From IMG/VR virus record IMGVR_UViG_3300024240_000003: 20,000 bases of DNA; one strand, given 5' to 3'. Below, in pieces: positions 1 through 7,411 of the stretch; within the stretch, counting starts at the first letter, position 1, and every line of letters begins with the position of its first letter. The translations under genes were made by a program, and so were the position numbers. Below the pieces are notes generated by a model. That model saw only the letters and a list, made by a program, of their open reading frames with translations. It did not search any database and was not told the DNA's origin. Source of the stretch: an uncultured virus (IMG/VR IMGVR_UViG_3300024240_000003). Taxonomy: Duplodnaviria; Heunggongvirae; Uroviricota; Caudoviricetes.

Positions 1-534
1 CTTACTCCTTATTCCCTCAATCCCGCAGGTCATGCAATCGTAAGTTACAATATCTCCATCCACCTCTTTAATATCGAAGACGTGTACTCCATCTTTTATC
101 GCAAGAAGTTCTGTCTTATTTATTCCATCAATTATATCGTTTGGATTAGTATGAACTTCCATTCCCACCGCCGATGGCTTTACAGTTTTGGTTTTTAATG
201 CTTCATTCGTAAATGCTTCAGGTTCTTTTTGCTTCTGCAGTTGCAATTGCTTTTTTTCCCAGTTCTTCTGGTCTTTCTCCACGATTTCTTCTATCTTTTT
301 CCCCATGATAATTTGATTTGAATTAATTAAATATTTTTTTAAATGTGAAAAATTCTCATTTGAATTAATAATGTCATACCACGTCTTTAATCTTTCCACT
401 TGCTCTTTTGCTGGTTGCTTTAATCCGCAGACCTGCCCGGTATTACATGGAACTTTACATTTCTTGCAACACCCATCACATTCCGAACTGAAGTGACACA
501 TCATACATATTTCTTTTCTTGTTGGTATATGCAT
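1..534 (-). CDS. Partial ORF running off the left edge. Cys-rich N-terminus (MHIPTRKEICMMCHFSSECDGCCKKCKVPCNTGQVC...) continues in frame into MGKKIEEIVEK...YDCMTCG; may really be two genes (second start at 306)
   Basis: Manual translation: ATG at 534, 2 nt after the DUF5131 stop, with no stop codon down to position 1. Internal ATG at 306 is in the same frame. Missing from the ORF track because it is truncated. Confidence 0.7.
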   Translation of the reverse strand, partial: MHIPTRKEICMMCHFSSECDGCCKKCKVPCNTGQVCGLKQPAKEQVERLKTWYDIINSNENFSHLKKYLINSNQIIMGKKIEEIVEKDQKNWEKKQLQLQKQKEPEAFTNEALKTKTVKPSAVGMEVHTNPNDIIDGINKTELLAIKDGVHVFDIKEVDGDIVTYDCMTCGIEGIRSK

Positions 535-536
535 AT

Positions 537-1394
537 CTAAATTATTTTAAGCTCTTCTGGCCATTCCCTAACCTGCAAATCCTTTGGAAATTCTTTGATA
601 TCTTTATAAAGTTTTAATTTTGCATTTTTATCAAATTTATGAATCTGTTTGATAAATAAAGGTACTTTCGCCTCTTTACAATCTCTGGCAATTTGTAATA
701 TCCACCCTAAATTACAATATCTCATCTTTGGACCTGATTCTGCACCGACAATTACCCAATCAATCTTATCCATCTTGTTTTCTTCGTCTATTCTATCGGC
801 ATCCTGGTCGTATATTTCCCCTGTTAAACAGTTAAGAATATCAATTTTATCTATCTCAATCTGTTTAAGCCAGGTTTGCCCCACCAAAGGCTCTAAGCTC
901 AAAACCTTCTTCCCCGGTACCTGAAGAAGAATCGGAATCATCCTATCCGCATCATCCCGAGTAGATATCGATGCCCCTACAAAAAGATTTTTCAAGGGTT
1001 CATTACTGACAGGATTATAACAGGCTTTTTCATAAAATTCTTTCATTCTCTCCACACGCTTAGTCAATAAAATAAATTTATGTCTGTCATAATTTTTCCC
1101 CGAGGCTAAATGCATATGCGCATATACACTTTCAATGAATTCAAACGGCACCTTCTCGTGAAACAAATCCCCCATACTGTCCACAAACCAGACAGCAGGC
1201 TTCTTCACCTTAAGAGGAATGTTCAGCCTCTCCGGATGAACCTGCACGTCACAAAAATCCCTTTCCTTCCACATTCCCATTTTCCGTCTTGCGAAACTCT
1301 CCGCATAACAGTTCTGACACCCCGCCGCTACCTTCGTGCATCCCGTCACCGGGTTCCAAACACTCTCCGTCCACGCTATCTTCGTTTTTCCCAT
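537..1394 (-). CDS. DUF5131 / phage Gp37-Gp68 family protein
   Basis: N-terminal TKIAWT..WNPVTGCTKVAAGCQNCYAE, FVDSMGDLFHE, LLTKR, SLEPL, IDWVIVGAESG and PLFIKQ motifs are characteristic of the family. Confidence 0.9.
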   Translation of the reverse strand: MGKTKIAWTESVWNPVTGCTKVAAGCQNCYAESFARRKMGMWKERDFCDVQVHPERLNIPLKVKKPAVWFVDSMGDLFHEKVPFEFIESVYAHMHLASGKNYDRHKFILLTKRVERMKEFYEKACYNPVSNEPLKNLFVGASISTRDDADRMIPILLQVPGKKVLSLEPLVGQTWLKQIEIDKIDILNCLTGEIYDQDADRIDEENKMDKIDWVIVGAESGPKMRYCNLGWILQIARDCKEAKVPLFIKQIHKFDKNAKLKLYKDIKEFPKDLQVREWPEELKII

Positions 1395-1398
1395 AATT

Positions 1399-1707
1399 TT
1401 ATATAGCCTCTCTGTTATTTATTTCCGTAATTATTGTCGAATGAAATAAACTTAATTGTTCCTCAGAAACGTCACTGTCGGATATTTTTATTTTTAAAAT
1501 AAGAGCATTTTCTTTATCTGGCTCCAAGGGTTTAAAATTTAATCCGATATTATACAATTTATCGGTATCGAATTTTATATTTTTATCGATAATAGCGGAA
1601 AATAAATCTTCGATGATTTTTACGACTTTATCATCTTTCTTAATATCAATTAATTTTACTTTGTAACTATTGTCAAGTTGTGTACTGTAAGACTCTAACT
1701 TTGCCAT
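1399..1707 (-). CDS. Hypothetical phage protein (102 aa)
   Basis: ORF packed in the operon 4 nt upstream of DUF5131; no recognisable motif. Confidence 0.7.
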   Translation of the reverse strand: MAKLESYSTQLDNSYKVKLIDIKKDDKVVKIIEDLFSAIIDKNIKFDTDKLYNIGLNFKPLEPDKENALILKIKISDSDVSEEQLSLFHSTIITEINNREAI

Positions 1708-1723
1708 TTTTCTTAATTTAAAT

Positions 1724-1786
1724 TTATAAAAAGGTTTTTGTTCTGCTCTTCCTCTGTGTATCTCCGTGGTACAGCTCTTTATTCAT
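1724..1786 (-). CDS. Possible 20-aa micro-ORF MNKELYHGDTQRKSRTKTFL
   Basis: Manual translation. Fills the gap between two operon genes; ATG is 6 nt after the upstream stop. Confidence 0.3.
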   Translation of the reverse strand: MNKELYHGDTQRKSRTKTFL

Positions 1787-1792
1787 AATTCC

Positions 1793-2353
1793 CTACGCTG
1801 CCATTTTCACCGCTCTTACCACATTCTCCAGCTTCTCGTGTATCACCTTCTGTACTCTCTCATTCCTCTTTACCTCGATATCCGTAATTATTCCGCTTTC
1901 TCTCGATTCATATACAAGTATCCCCGATTCTTTTTCCATATAAAGCATATATCCCTGTATTTGAAAATATACCTTCCTCGGTATGTCACTCTTTAACGGC
2001 AACCAGTCATCCATTAATACAGATTTTATATCCCCGGGAAAGCCGTTCATTAAAAAATCCGGATGCCCTTTTACAATCCCGCCGAAAGCCGTAATCTCTA
2101 TATCTTTCTCAAATCTGGTCGTTATCTTTCCCCCGAAAACCTGCTTTAATCTTACTAACAAATCCTTCTCCATTTGATACCCTTTGTAGCATTTTAACCG
2201 TATAATCTCAGAGTCCGTAAACCCTTCCCTGTACATTTTTATCAGTTGCCCCTCTTCCAGTCCCACATGCGAAAGCGAAATGTAATTTCTTTCTGTATCA
2301 AAATTGCTGTTCTCCATTGTGTATTTTCTCAATAACTGTGTCACGTAACTCAT
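1793..2353 (-). CDS. PD-(D/E)XK superfamily (RecB/Cas4-like) exonuclease
   Basis: GHPDF...GDIKS catalytic motifs followed by QIQGY (QxxxY) and GILVYE; GGAGG ribosome-binding site upstream. Confidence 0.75.
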   Translation of the reverse strand: MSYVTQLLRKYTMENSNFDTERNYISLSHVGLEEGQLIKMYREGFTDSEIIRLKCYKGYQMEKDLLVRLKQVFGGKITTRFEKDIEITAFGGIVKGHPDFLMNGFPGDIKSVLMDDWLPLKSDIPRKVYFQIQGYMLYMEKESGILVYESRESGIITDIEVKRNERVQKVIHEKLENVVRAVKMAA

Positions 2354-2380
2354 TTACCCTCCGAATTTTTATAATTTTTT

Positions 2381-3259
2381 TTAAATTGACTGATAATAAA
2401 CTACGTTATAATGATTCGTTAATAATTCTTTGATTTTATCCTGCTCCTCTTTCTCCAGTGTTATAAATTCAGACTTTTTTGAAAGCAAATTATTGTATGC
2501 TTCACATTCTTGCGCATTTTTTAATTTCATAATTTCAGTTTTCAATCTCTCCCCCGTTTCTGATAATTCCGAATCTGTCGACCCATCACCCGGCATCGTT
2601 ATATATTCCCTCCAGGTATCCGGATTGAAAAAGGTTTTGCCCAGCTTTATAAATTGCCGTTGTATTTTTGCCGAATAAATGAACTTTTTGTAATTGCTCA
2701 TCGCAGTAAAAAAGTCCTTCAAATCTTGCTCGGAATTAATGGATTGTTGGAAGTGCTCCCACGCTACTTTTTTTCCCATCGGATTCGGATATAAGTTCCA
2801 CGCTCTTAAAAAATCTTTTTCCTGAACTATATATATATTACTTGTATTATTGTTATTAAATGTATGTAGTGAACTTTGTTCACTTTTTAAGTGAACTTTG
2901 TTCACTTTTTTAGTGAACTTTGTTCGCTTTTTAGTTGGTTCAAATTGTGAACTTTGTTCACTTTTTATAATAGCCTTGTCATACCACTTATCAGTGACTT
3001 TCCTGAGATGTCCTTTCTTTTCTAAAAATCCTTGAATTTCCAATTTAGCTTCAATCTTATTCACACCTTCCCGGGTGAATCCAATTAAATCGGCAATTTT
3101 AATTTGATTGATGCTGCACCATCCGCTCTTATTCTTCGGATTGGAAGAGAGGTGATAAATGATATCCAGAACGCAATACTCATTGCACGTTAGCCCCAGT
3201 TCCTTCCTGGCTGTATGATTTATCGTTGTATAATTAACTGTAAAATCCTTTTCGCTCAT
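2381..3259 (-). CDS. Phage replication initiator (lambda O-like, N-terminal winged HTH)
   Basis: N-terminal GLTCNEYCVLDII...GWC...KIADLIGFTREGVNKIEAKLEIQGFLEK wHTH, a central low-complexity linker encoded by iterons, and a C-terminal FLRAWNLYP..GKKVAW....FIKLGKTFFN domain typical of phage replisome organisers. Confidence 0.85.
   Translation of the reverse strand: MSEKDFTVNYTTINHTARKELGLTCNEYCVLDIIYHLSSNPKNKSGWCSINQIKIADLIGFTREGVNKIEAKLEIQGFLEKKGHLRKVTDKWYDKAIIKSEQSSQFEPTKKRTKFTKKVNKVHLKSEQSSLHTFNNNNTSNIYIVQEKDFLRAWNLYPNPMGKKVAWEHFQQSINSEQDLKDFFTAMSNYKKFIYSAKIQRQFIKLGKTFFNPDTWREYITMPGDGSTDSELSETGERLKTEIMKLKNAQECEAYNNLLSKKSEFITLEKEEQDKIKELLTNHYNVVYYQSI
2868..2966. repeat. Four palindromic iterons GTGAACTTTGTTCACTTTTT (putative phage replication origin)
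   Basis: Copies start at 2869, 2891, 2913 (one mismatch) and 2947. Each has the dyad GTGAAC-TTT-GTTCAC. An AT-rich tract lies adjacent at ~2828-2860. Confidence 0.88.
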
Positions 3260-3267
3260 AATTATTT

Positions 3268-3438
3268 TTAAAATTCTGTGTTTATCCTGTTAAATCCGAG
3301 TATATCATTAGCTGATTTCTCCTCCGGTCCCTGAACCTTGAATAACTCATCAATCCACTTCTTCTCTGCCTTCCTTTGCTCCTCTGTGGTAGTGTGCTTC
3401 CTCTTCCCACCCTTTATCTTTGTTCTTATCTTTTTCAT
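3268..3438 (-). CDS. Small basic hypothetical protein (56 aa, MKKIRTKIKGGKRKHTTTEEQRKAEKKWIDELF...)
   Basis: Manual translation, below the ORF-track cutoff. GGGGA upstream of the ATG; stop is 8 nt before the initiator start. Confidence 0.65.
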   Translation of the reverse strand: MKKIRTKIKGGKRKHTTTEEQRKAEKKWIDELFKVQGPEEKSANDILGFNRINTEF

Positions 3439-3478
3439 TTTGTCATCCCCGCTTCAAGCTCTTAATTTTTTTAAAAAA

Positions 3479-3955
3479 TCATTTTTTATCATAAGAATCA
3501 GCGCGATCAGCATAAAAAAATTTTAAATATCCCGTCACAACTTCAATGAATTCTTCTAAACTGTAAATTACTTTTGCTTTATATCCCGAAAAGTTTAAGT
3601 ACTTTATCCATTCTTTCTGTTCCTTTGAAATCGTTCCTCCCGGTCTTTTAACTTCAATGTATAGTCCATGACATTTTCCTATTGCCGTCGGTAAACATAA
3701 ATCAGGGACTCCCGGATTCAATCCTTCTTCTTTAAGCTTCTTTGCAGAGTTTGATATCCAGATATCTTTTTTCTTTTTTGCATCCCATACCTTGCTCTTT
3801 ACCAGATTTCCTCCGTTTGGAATTGCGTATATCCATTGGAGAACAGGATAATTCCCTTCGTTCCACCTGCACCAGTCAATACAAGCACTCTGAATCGAGT
3901 GTTCATCATTATCTAAAATTTTATTATTTTTTATTATTATTTTTCTTCGACTCAT
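3479..3955 (-). CDS. VRR-NUC domain nuclease (probable start MSRRK at 3955)
   Basis: EHSIQSACIDW, YAIPNGG, GVPDL and GLYIEVKRPGGTISKEQKEW motifs. The start at 3955 avoids overlap with the upstream gene. Confidence 0.88.
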   Translation of the reverse strand: MSRRKIIIKNNKILDNDEHSIQSACIDWCRWNEGNYPVLQWIYAIPNGGNLVKSKVWDAKKKKDIWISNSAKKLKEEGLNPGVPDLCLPTAIGKCHGLYIEVKRPGGTISKEQKEWIKYLNFSGYKAKVIYSLEEFIEVVTGYLKFFYADRADSYDKK

Positions 3956-3956
3956 T

Positions 3957-4196
3957 TTAAACTTGACTCCAATCATATTCTGCAAATTCTCTGCAATCAT
4001 CACACATAAAAGTATCTGTGGATGGCTTTCCGCAGCACTGACATAATGTTATCAGTGAGAGATTCTTCGGAATTGGCTCATAAAAAATATTAGAGATATC
4101 GACCAATCTTCTTAACTCGAGTATACATGCAATAAATTTTTGTCGTCTCGAAGGTTTGTTAATTCCGCTACTCTGAAGTTGTTTGTTAAATGACAT
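3957..4196 (-). CDS. Small hypothetical protein with C-terminal Zn-ribbon-like motif
   Basis: CQCCGKPSTDTFMCDDC (CxxC-x9-CxxC); packed in the operon. Confidence 0.6.
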   Translation of the reverse strand: MSFNKQLQSSGINKPSRRQKFIACILELRRLVDISNIFYEPIPKNLSLITLCQCCGKPSTDTFMCDDCREFAEYDWSQV

Positions 4197-4215
4197 AATC
4201 GTTTAATTTTATGAA

Positions 4216-5295
4216 TTAAAGAACATAATCGTTAATATCAATTTCCTCAGTACCCTTTGTGGTATAAGGCTTTTCGCTTTTACCATTTGCGTTCTTTGCA
4301 TCCCGATGTTCTACATATCGGGATTCCGATATGCCGGAACCCAGCAAATCATCCACACATATCTTCTCCAGCTCCTTCGTTTTCTCCGTCATATAAAATT
4401 TTATTACCTTCTTCTCCTCCTTTGAATATGTTCCGTTCGAATTGTTCAGCTCTATCCTCATACTTTCATATTCATCTTTATTGGTTATCTTCCCAATCAA
4501 TTCCTTTACCTTGATTAATTTATTTACATCTTTTCCGGAAGATTTTATTTCGAGGGTAGGTTTGCCTTCTGTAATCTCCAGTGGTATATTTCCATCTGTA
4601 ATTTCAAGAGGAGCAATATCTCCGAGATCAGAAGCACCCGCTAACATCGCATTTCTGTGTTTCCCAGGTTCAAGTTTCCAGAAAGTGCATTTCTTTTCTC
4701 CGTTATATCCTACTTCTACCCATATTACCCACGGCAATCCAAGAAGAATCTTTTGTCTTAATTTTAATTGTGTCCATATATGATCACCATTATTCTTGGA
4801 AGTGGTTTTGAAGCGGATTAGATTGTTTGTTATTATTCCTCCTGTAACCGGATTTGCAATAAAAGCATAAAACTGCACATCATGCCTGCATTCACATTTG
4901 GGCCATTGGCATTCATAATCATTTCCCGGCTCGTATATCCTGCCGTTGCCGTATGGTCCGTCATTCCCCTTTTCATCCTGCTGCTTGAATCTTACAAAGA
5001 ATTTCTTACCGTCACATACTCTTTTTGTTTTATGATTGCTTCCCCATGTTACTCGGCGGTACGTAAAGAAATGTTCTAAAATATTTGAAGGAAAATAAAT
5101 TACAAGTTTATCGGGCTGATTTCCATAATGTGCTTTAATTTCCGGATATTCATCTACATTGAAATATTCGAGTGATTCACCTTCAGGAATCCCATTCGCT
5201 CTTATTTTCCCGGTCGGTCTTCCTGAAGTTATTGGTCTCCGTCTGTCAACTCCAAAATTAACGGCAATGCAGGATTCATCTAAAATTAGTCCCAT
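4216..5295 (-). CDS. Gp3-like (recombination directionality factor-like) phage recombination protein
   Basis: Pattern ITSG...LEYF...YGNQPDKLVIYFP...WG...RVCDG...C..C.C...FKTTSKN resembles the Gp3-like family as recalled; AAGGGG RBS. Confidence 0.55.
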   Translation of the reverse strand: MGLILDESCIAVNFGVDRRRPITSGRPTGKIRANGIPEGESLEYFNVDEYPEIKAHYGNQPDKLVIYFPSNILEHFFTYRRVTWGSNHKTKRVCDGKKFFVRFKQQDEKGNDGPYGNGRIYEPGNDYECQWPKCECRHDVQFYAFIANPVTGGIITNNLIRFKTTSKNNGDHIWTQLKLRQKILLGLPWVIWVEVGYNGEKKCTFWKLEPGKHRNAMLAGASDLGDIAPLEITDGNIPLEITEGKPTLEIKSSGKDVNKLIKVKELIGKITNKDEYESMRIELNNSNGTYSKEEKKVIKFYMTEKTKELEKICVDDLLGSGISESRYVEHRDAKNANGKSEKPYTTKGTEEIDINDYVL

Positions 5296-5323
5296 TTCTT
5301 CCCCTTGAATTTAATATATCAGT

Positions 5324-5992
5324 TTAAAATGTAGAGAGTAATATCCTCTCGTTATTAGTTAATTCCCTGTGAGTTTCTTCGAATTGCTTCTTAGGACACC
5401 ATGATTCGTAAGGCTTGTTAGCTTCTATACTGTAAATAACCTGATATCCTTCCACTTCTTCTAAAATCTTGCCGCCGTTTCTATAAAATTGTTTATTTGT
5501 CATTTCCAGCGCCGCTACAATCTTTGACCCTATATATGGATATAAGATTATTCCTGATGCAACAGGTAGAGGAATATCGAAGAATACTTGTCTGTAAGCA
5601 TTTTCGAATTCTTCTTTCGGACTCCACGATGTGTAACCGCCACTGTAATTTATAAGGTATCCCGGTCGGTCTTCCCGATTTTCCGGATTCTTTGAATGGA
5701 ATTTTAACTCGCTAATCTCTCCGGCATATATAAGTTTTGTCGCAATAAAGATTCTGGGAATCGATTTTATCGCTTCTGTTGATTCGTTTACTAAATCATC
5801 TTCGTTATCTCTTAAAATGTCAGCATCATCAAATTTTCTCATAAATGCCGGTATGTATTCTGTATCTTCGGGTTTGTCCGGAATTACCCCTGTTTCATTA
5901 TCCTGTGCCCCTGAGCCTGCTTTGATTGTATCCGGTCCCAAGCCCTGTAGACTTTTATCATTTTCGTTGGGAACTTTATTTTTTTCTTCCAT
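5324..5992 (-). CDS. Phage protein with acidic N-terminal tail and two tandem copies of a Y/F-I-G/A-T/S-K...GY...Y.SW.PK..FE domain
   Basis: Copy 1 FIATKLIYA...PGYLINYSGGYTSWSPKEEFENAYR; copy 2 YIGSKIVAA...EGYQVIY...YESWCPKKQFEETHR. Confidence 0.8.
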   Translation of the reverse strand: MEEKNKVPNENDKSLQGLGPDTIKAGSGAQDNETGVIPDKPEDTEYIPAFMRKFDDADILRDNEDDLVNESTEAIKSIPRIFIATKLIYAGEISELKFHSKNPENREDRPGYLINYSGGYTSWSPKEEFENAYRQVFFDIPLPVASGIILYPYIGSKIVAALEMTNKQFYRNGGKILEEVEGYQVIYSIEANKPYESWCPKKQFEETHRELTNNERILLSTF

Positions 5993-6038
5993 AATATTTT
6001 TATTTAAATTTTAAAAAAAGTTCTTAAACTTATAAAAT

Positions 6039-6212
6039 GTACAGGCAGAAATCTACTAACGTTTCTCCTGTTTGCAGAGCCTCACGGTTCAAGCGAATAT
6101 TGACTCAACAAACACTGTTTCAGGCTTAAATCTAATTTTTATTTAATACTTTTTTATGTTTTCGAACTACATTTTAATATAATTGGTGATTTAAGTGACT
6201 TCTTACCTGTAC
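6039..6212 (-). ncRNA. Candidate structured non-coding RNA (three-way junction with complementary loops)
   Basis: Closing helix 6212-6194 with 6057-6039; second arm 6195-6188 with 6132-6125; third arm 6124-6067. Multiple G-U pairs are valid only on the minus strand; no ORF. Folded by eye only. Confidence 0.55.
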
Positions 6213-6268
6213 CTTATTTTAAAAAACATGTATTGCTCTTAATTTTCAATTCCGAAAAAAAAAATTAA

Positions 6269-6340
6269 TTAAACGATTATTAGAGCAATTAAGAAAAGTA
6301 GTACAACTGTCCCGAAAACTAACAAATATGGATTTCTCAT
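6269..6340 (-). CDS. 23-aa single-helix membrane micro-protein MRNPYLLVFGTVVLLFLIALIIV
   Basis: Manual translation. Strong RBS (AAGGAGAGG) just upstream of the ATG; residues 5-23 are uninterruptedly non-charged and hydrophobic. Confidence 0.7.
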   Translation of the reverse strand: MRNPYLLVFGTVVLLFLIALIIV

Positions 6341-6370
6341 AACCTCTCCTTGCGTTTTTAGTTTATAAAA

Positions 6371-6931
6371 TTAATTGCTTTGTACTTCTTCCAGGTTGAA
6401 CATAGCTTTCATTTTTTCTTGTAAATCCGAACATCTCTTCCCAATTGCCTCAATTGTGTATTTTTTTTCATCCGGAGGCTCGGTACTTCTACTAAATTCG
6501 AACTTAATCTTCCCCTCCGTCCTTAAACATTTCATCTTCATAAGTTCGAAAGGCTCTTTCACGTCCTTCATCAGTGCTTCCCCGACTCTCGATATCGCAT
6601 TAGCTCTCGGAAAAAGACTCTTCTTAACGTACCTTTCAACCTTTCTGGGGTCCGGCTCTACCCAGTATCCCCGCCCATTTGCTACTAATCTTGGCACTAA
6701 GCGGTTTTCCCTGATATAATGGATGTATTTCCTCACGTCCGTAGAGGGCAACTTCTTGCCCTTTTTCGTCTTGAATCCTAATTTAAAAAGCCCCGCCGCA
6801 ATATCCTGGATTGAAATAAACTTCTCTTTACCAACATGATTTAACAGGAAAGACCGCACAATGCACGGTATCAACCGATTCTTTTCCCACTCGTCTAATG
6901 GCTTCGTTAATATTTCAAATCCTTCAAGCAT
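6371..6931 (-). CDS. Hypothetical phage protein, probable winged-HTH DNA-binding domain
   Basis: GKEKFISIQDI...STDVRKYIHYIRE...LVANGRGYW pattern suggests a wHTH; TAATG coupling with the upstream gene. Confidence 0.7.
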   Translation of the reverse strand: MLEGFEILTKPLDEWEKNRLIPCIVRSFLLNHVGKEKFISIQDIAAGLFKLGFKTKKGKKLPSTDVRKYIHYIRENRLVPRLVANGRGYWVEPDPRKVERYVKKSLFPRANAISRVGEALMKDVKEPFELMKMKCLRTEGKIKFEFSRSTEPPDEKKYTIEAIGKRCSDLQEKMKAMFNLEEVQSN

Positions 6932-7149
6932 TATAGCTTATTTTCCTTAATTAAATTTTCAGTTGCAAATATCGTAACTTCGTTGCCGGGCTTAATCGTG
7001 AATCCCAGTTGTTTTAGTGCCTTTAACTCGCTTAAATTTACAGTCTTTTTCTTTGTAAGCGCGGAAATAGGTCCGGAGTGCTCAGAAGTAATGTATACGG
7101 ATTCGCTTCCGTAATTAGACCTGACCTCTATTTTTATTGTCTGTTCCAT
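6931..7149 (-). CDS. Hypothetical phage protein (72 aa)
   Basis: Packed ORF; stop overlaps the next start. Confidence 0.75.
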   Translation of the reverse strand: MEQTIKIEVRSNYGSESVYITSEHSGPISALTKKKTVNLSELKALKQLGFTIKPGNEVTIFATENLIKENKL

Positions 7150-7156
7150 AAATATT

Positions 7157-7369
7157 TTAAAATATCTTTGAAAAATATCCGATTAAAAAGAATAATATCA
7201 CAATTCCGAGCGCAATCAACTCTTTCTTATCCTTCTTCTCCTCTTCTGTCTTTACCAGCGTGATGTTCAGCGGCATTCTTATTGCCTGCAGTCTAATACG
7301 CTCTTCTTGCTCTTTCGTAATCTCCGTAAATTTTGGAGAAAGTTCCGATTTTTTACATAGAGAAATCAT
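7157..7369 (-). CDS. Small protein with C-terminal transmembrane helix
   Basis: LIALGIVILFFLIGYF at the C-terminus; GGAG RBS. Confidence 0.7.
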   Translation of the reverse strand: MISLCKKSELSPKFTEITKEQEERIRLQAIRMPLNITLVKTEEEKKDKKELIALGIVILFFLIGYFSKIF

Positions 7370-7411
7370 TTCTACTCCGTTTTACTCTTACATTAAAGAA
7401 AACTATTGAAT

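Noticed and set aside
1793..2353. CRISPR-associated cas4
   Set aside because: No array or other cas genes, no Fe-S cysteines, and the context is phage replication.
2868..2966. Palindromic direct repeats as a mini-CRISPR array
   Set aside because: Units are nearly contiguous (2-14 nt gaps, no spacers), lie inside the initiator CDS, and no cas genes are present; iterons explain them.
6061..6124. Candidate RNA as 6S RNA, hammerhead or riboswitch
   Set aside because: CTTGAACC and TGAGTCAATATT loosely recall 6S motifs, but the fold is branched rather than a rod with a central bubble. There is no CUGANGA core and no recognisable riboswitch consensus.
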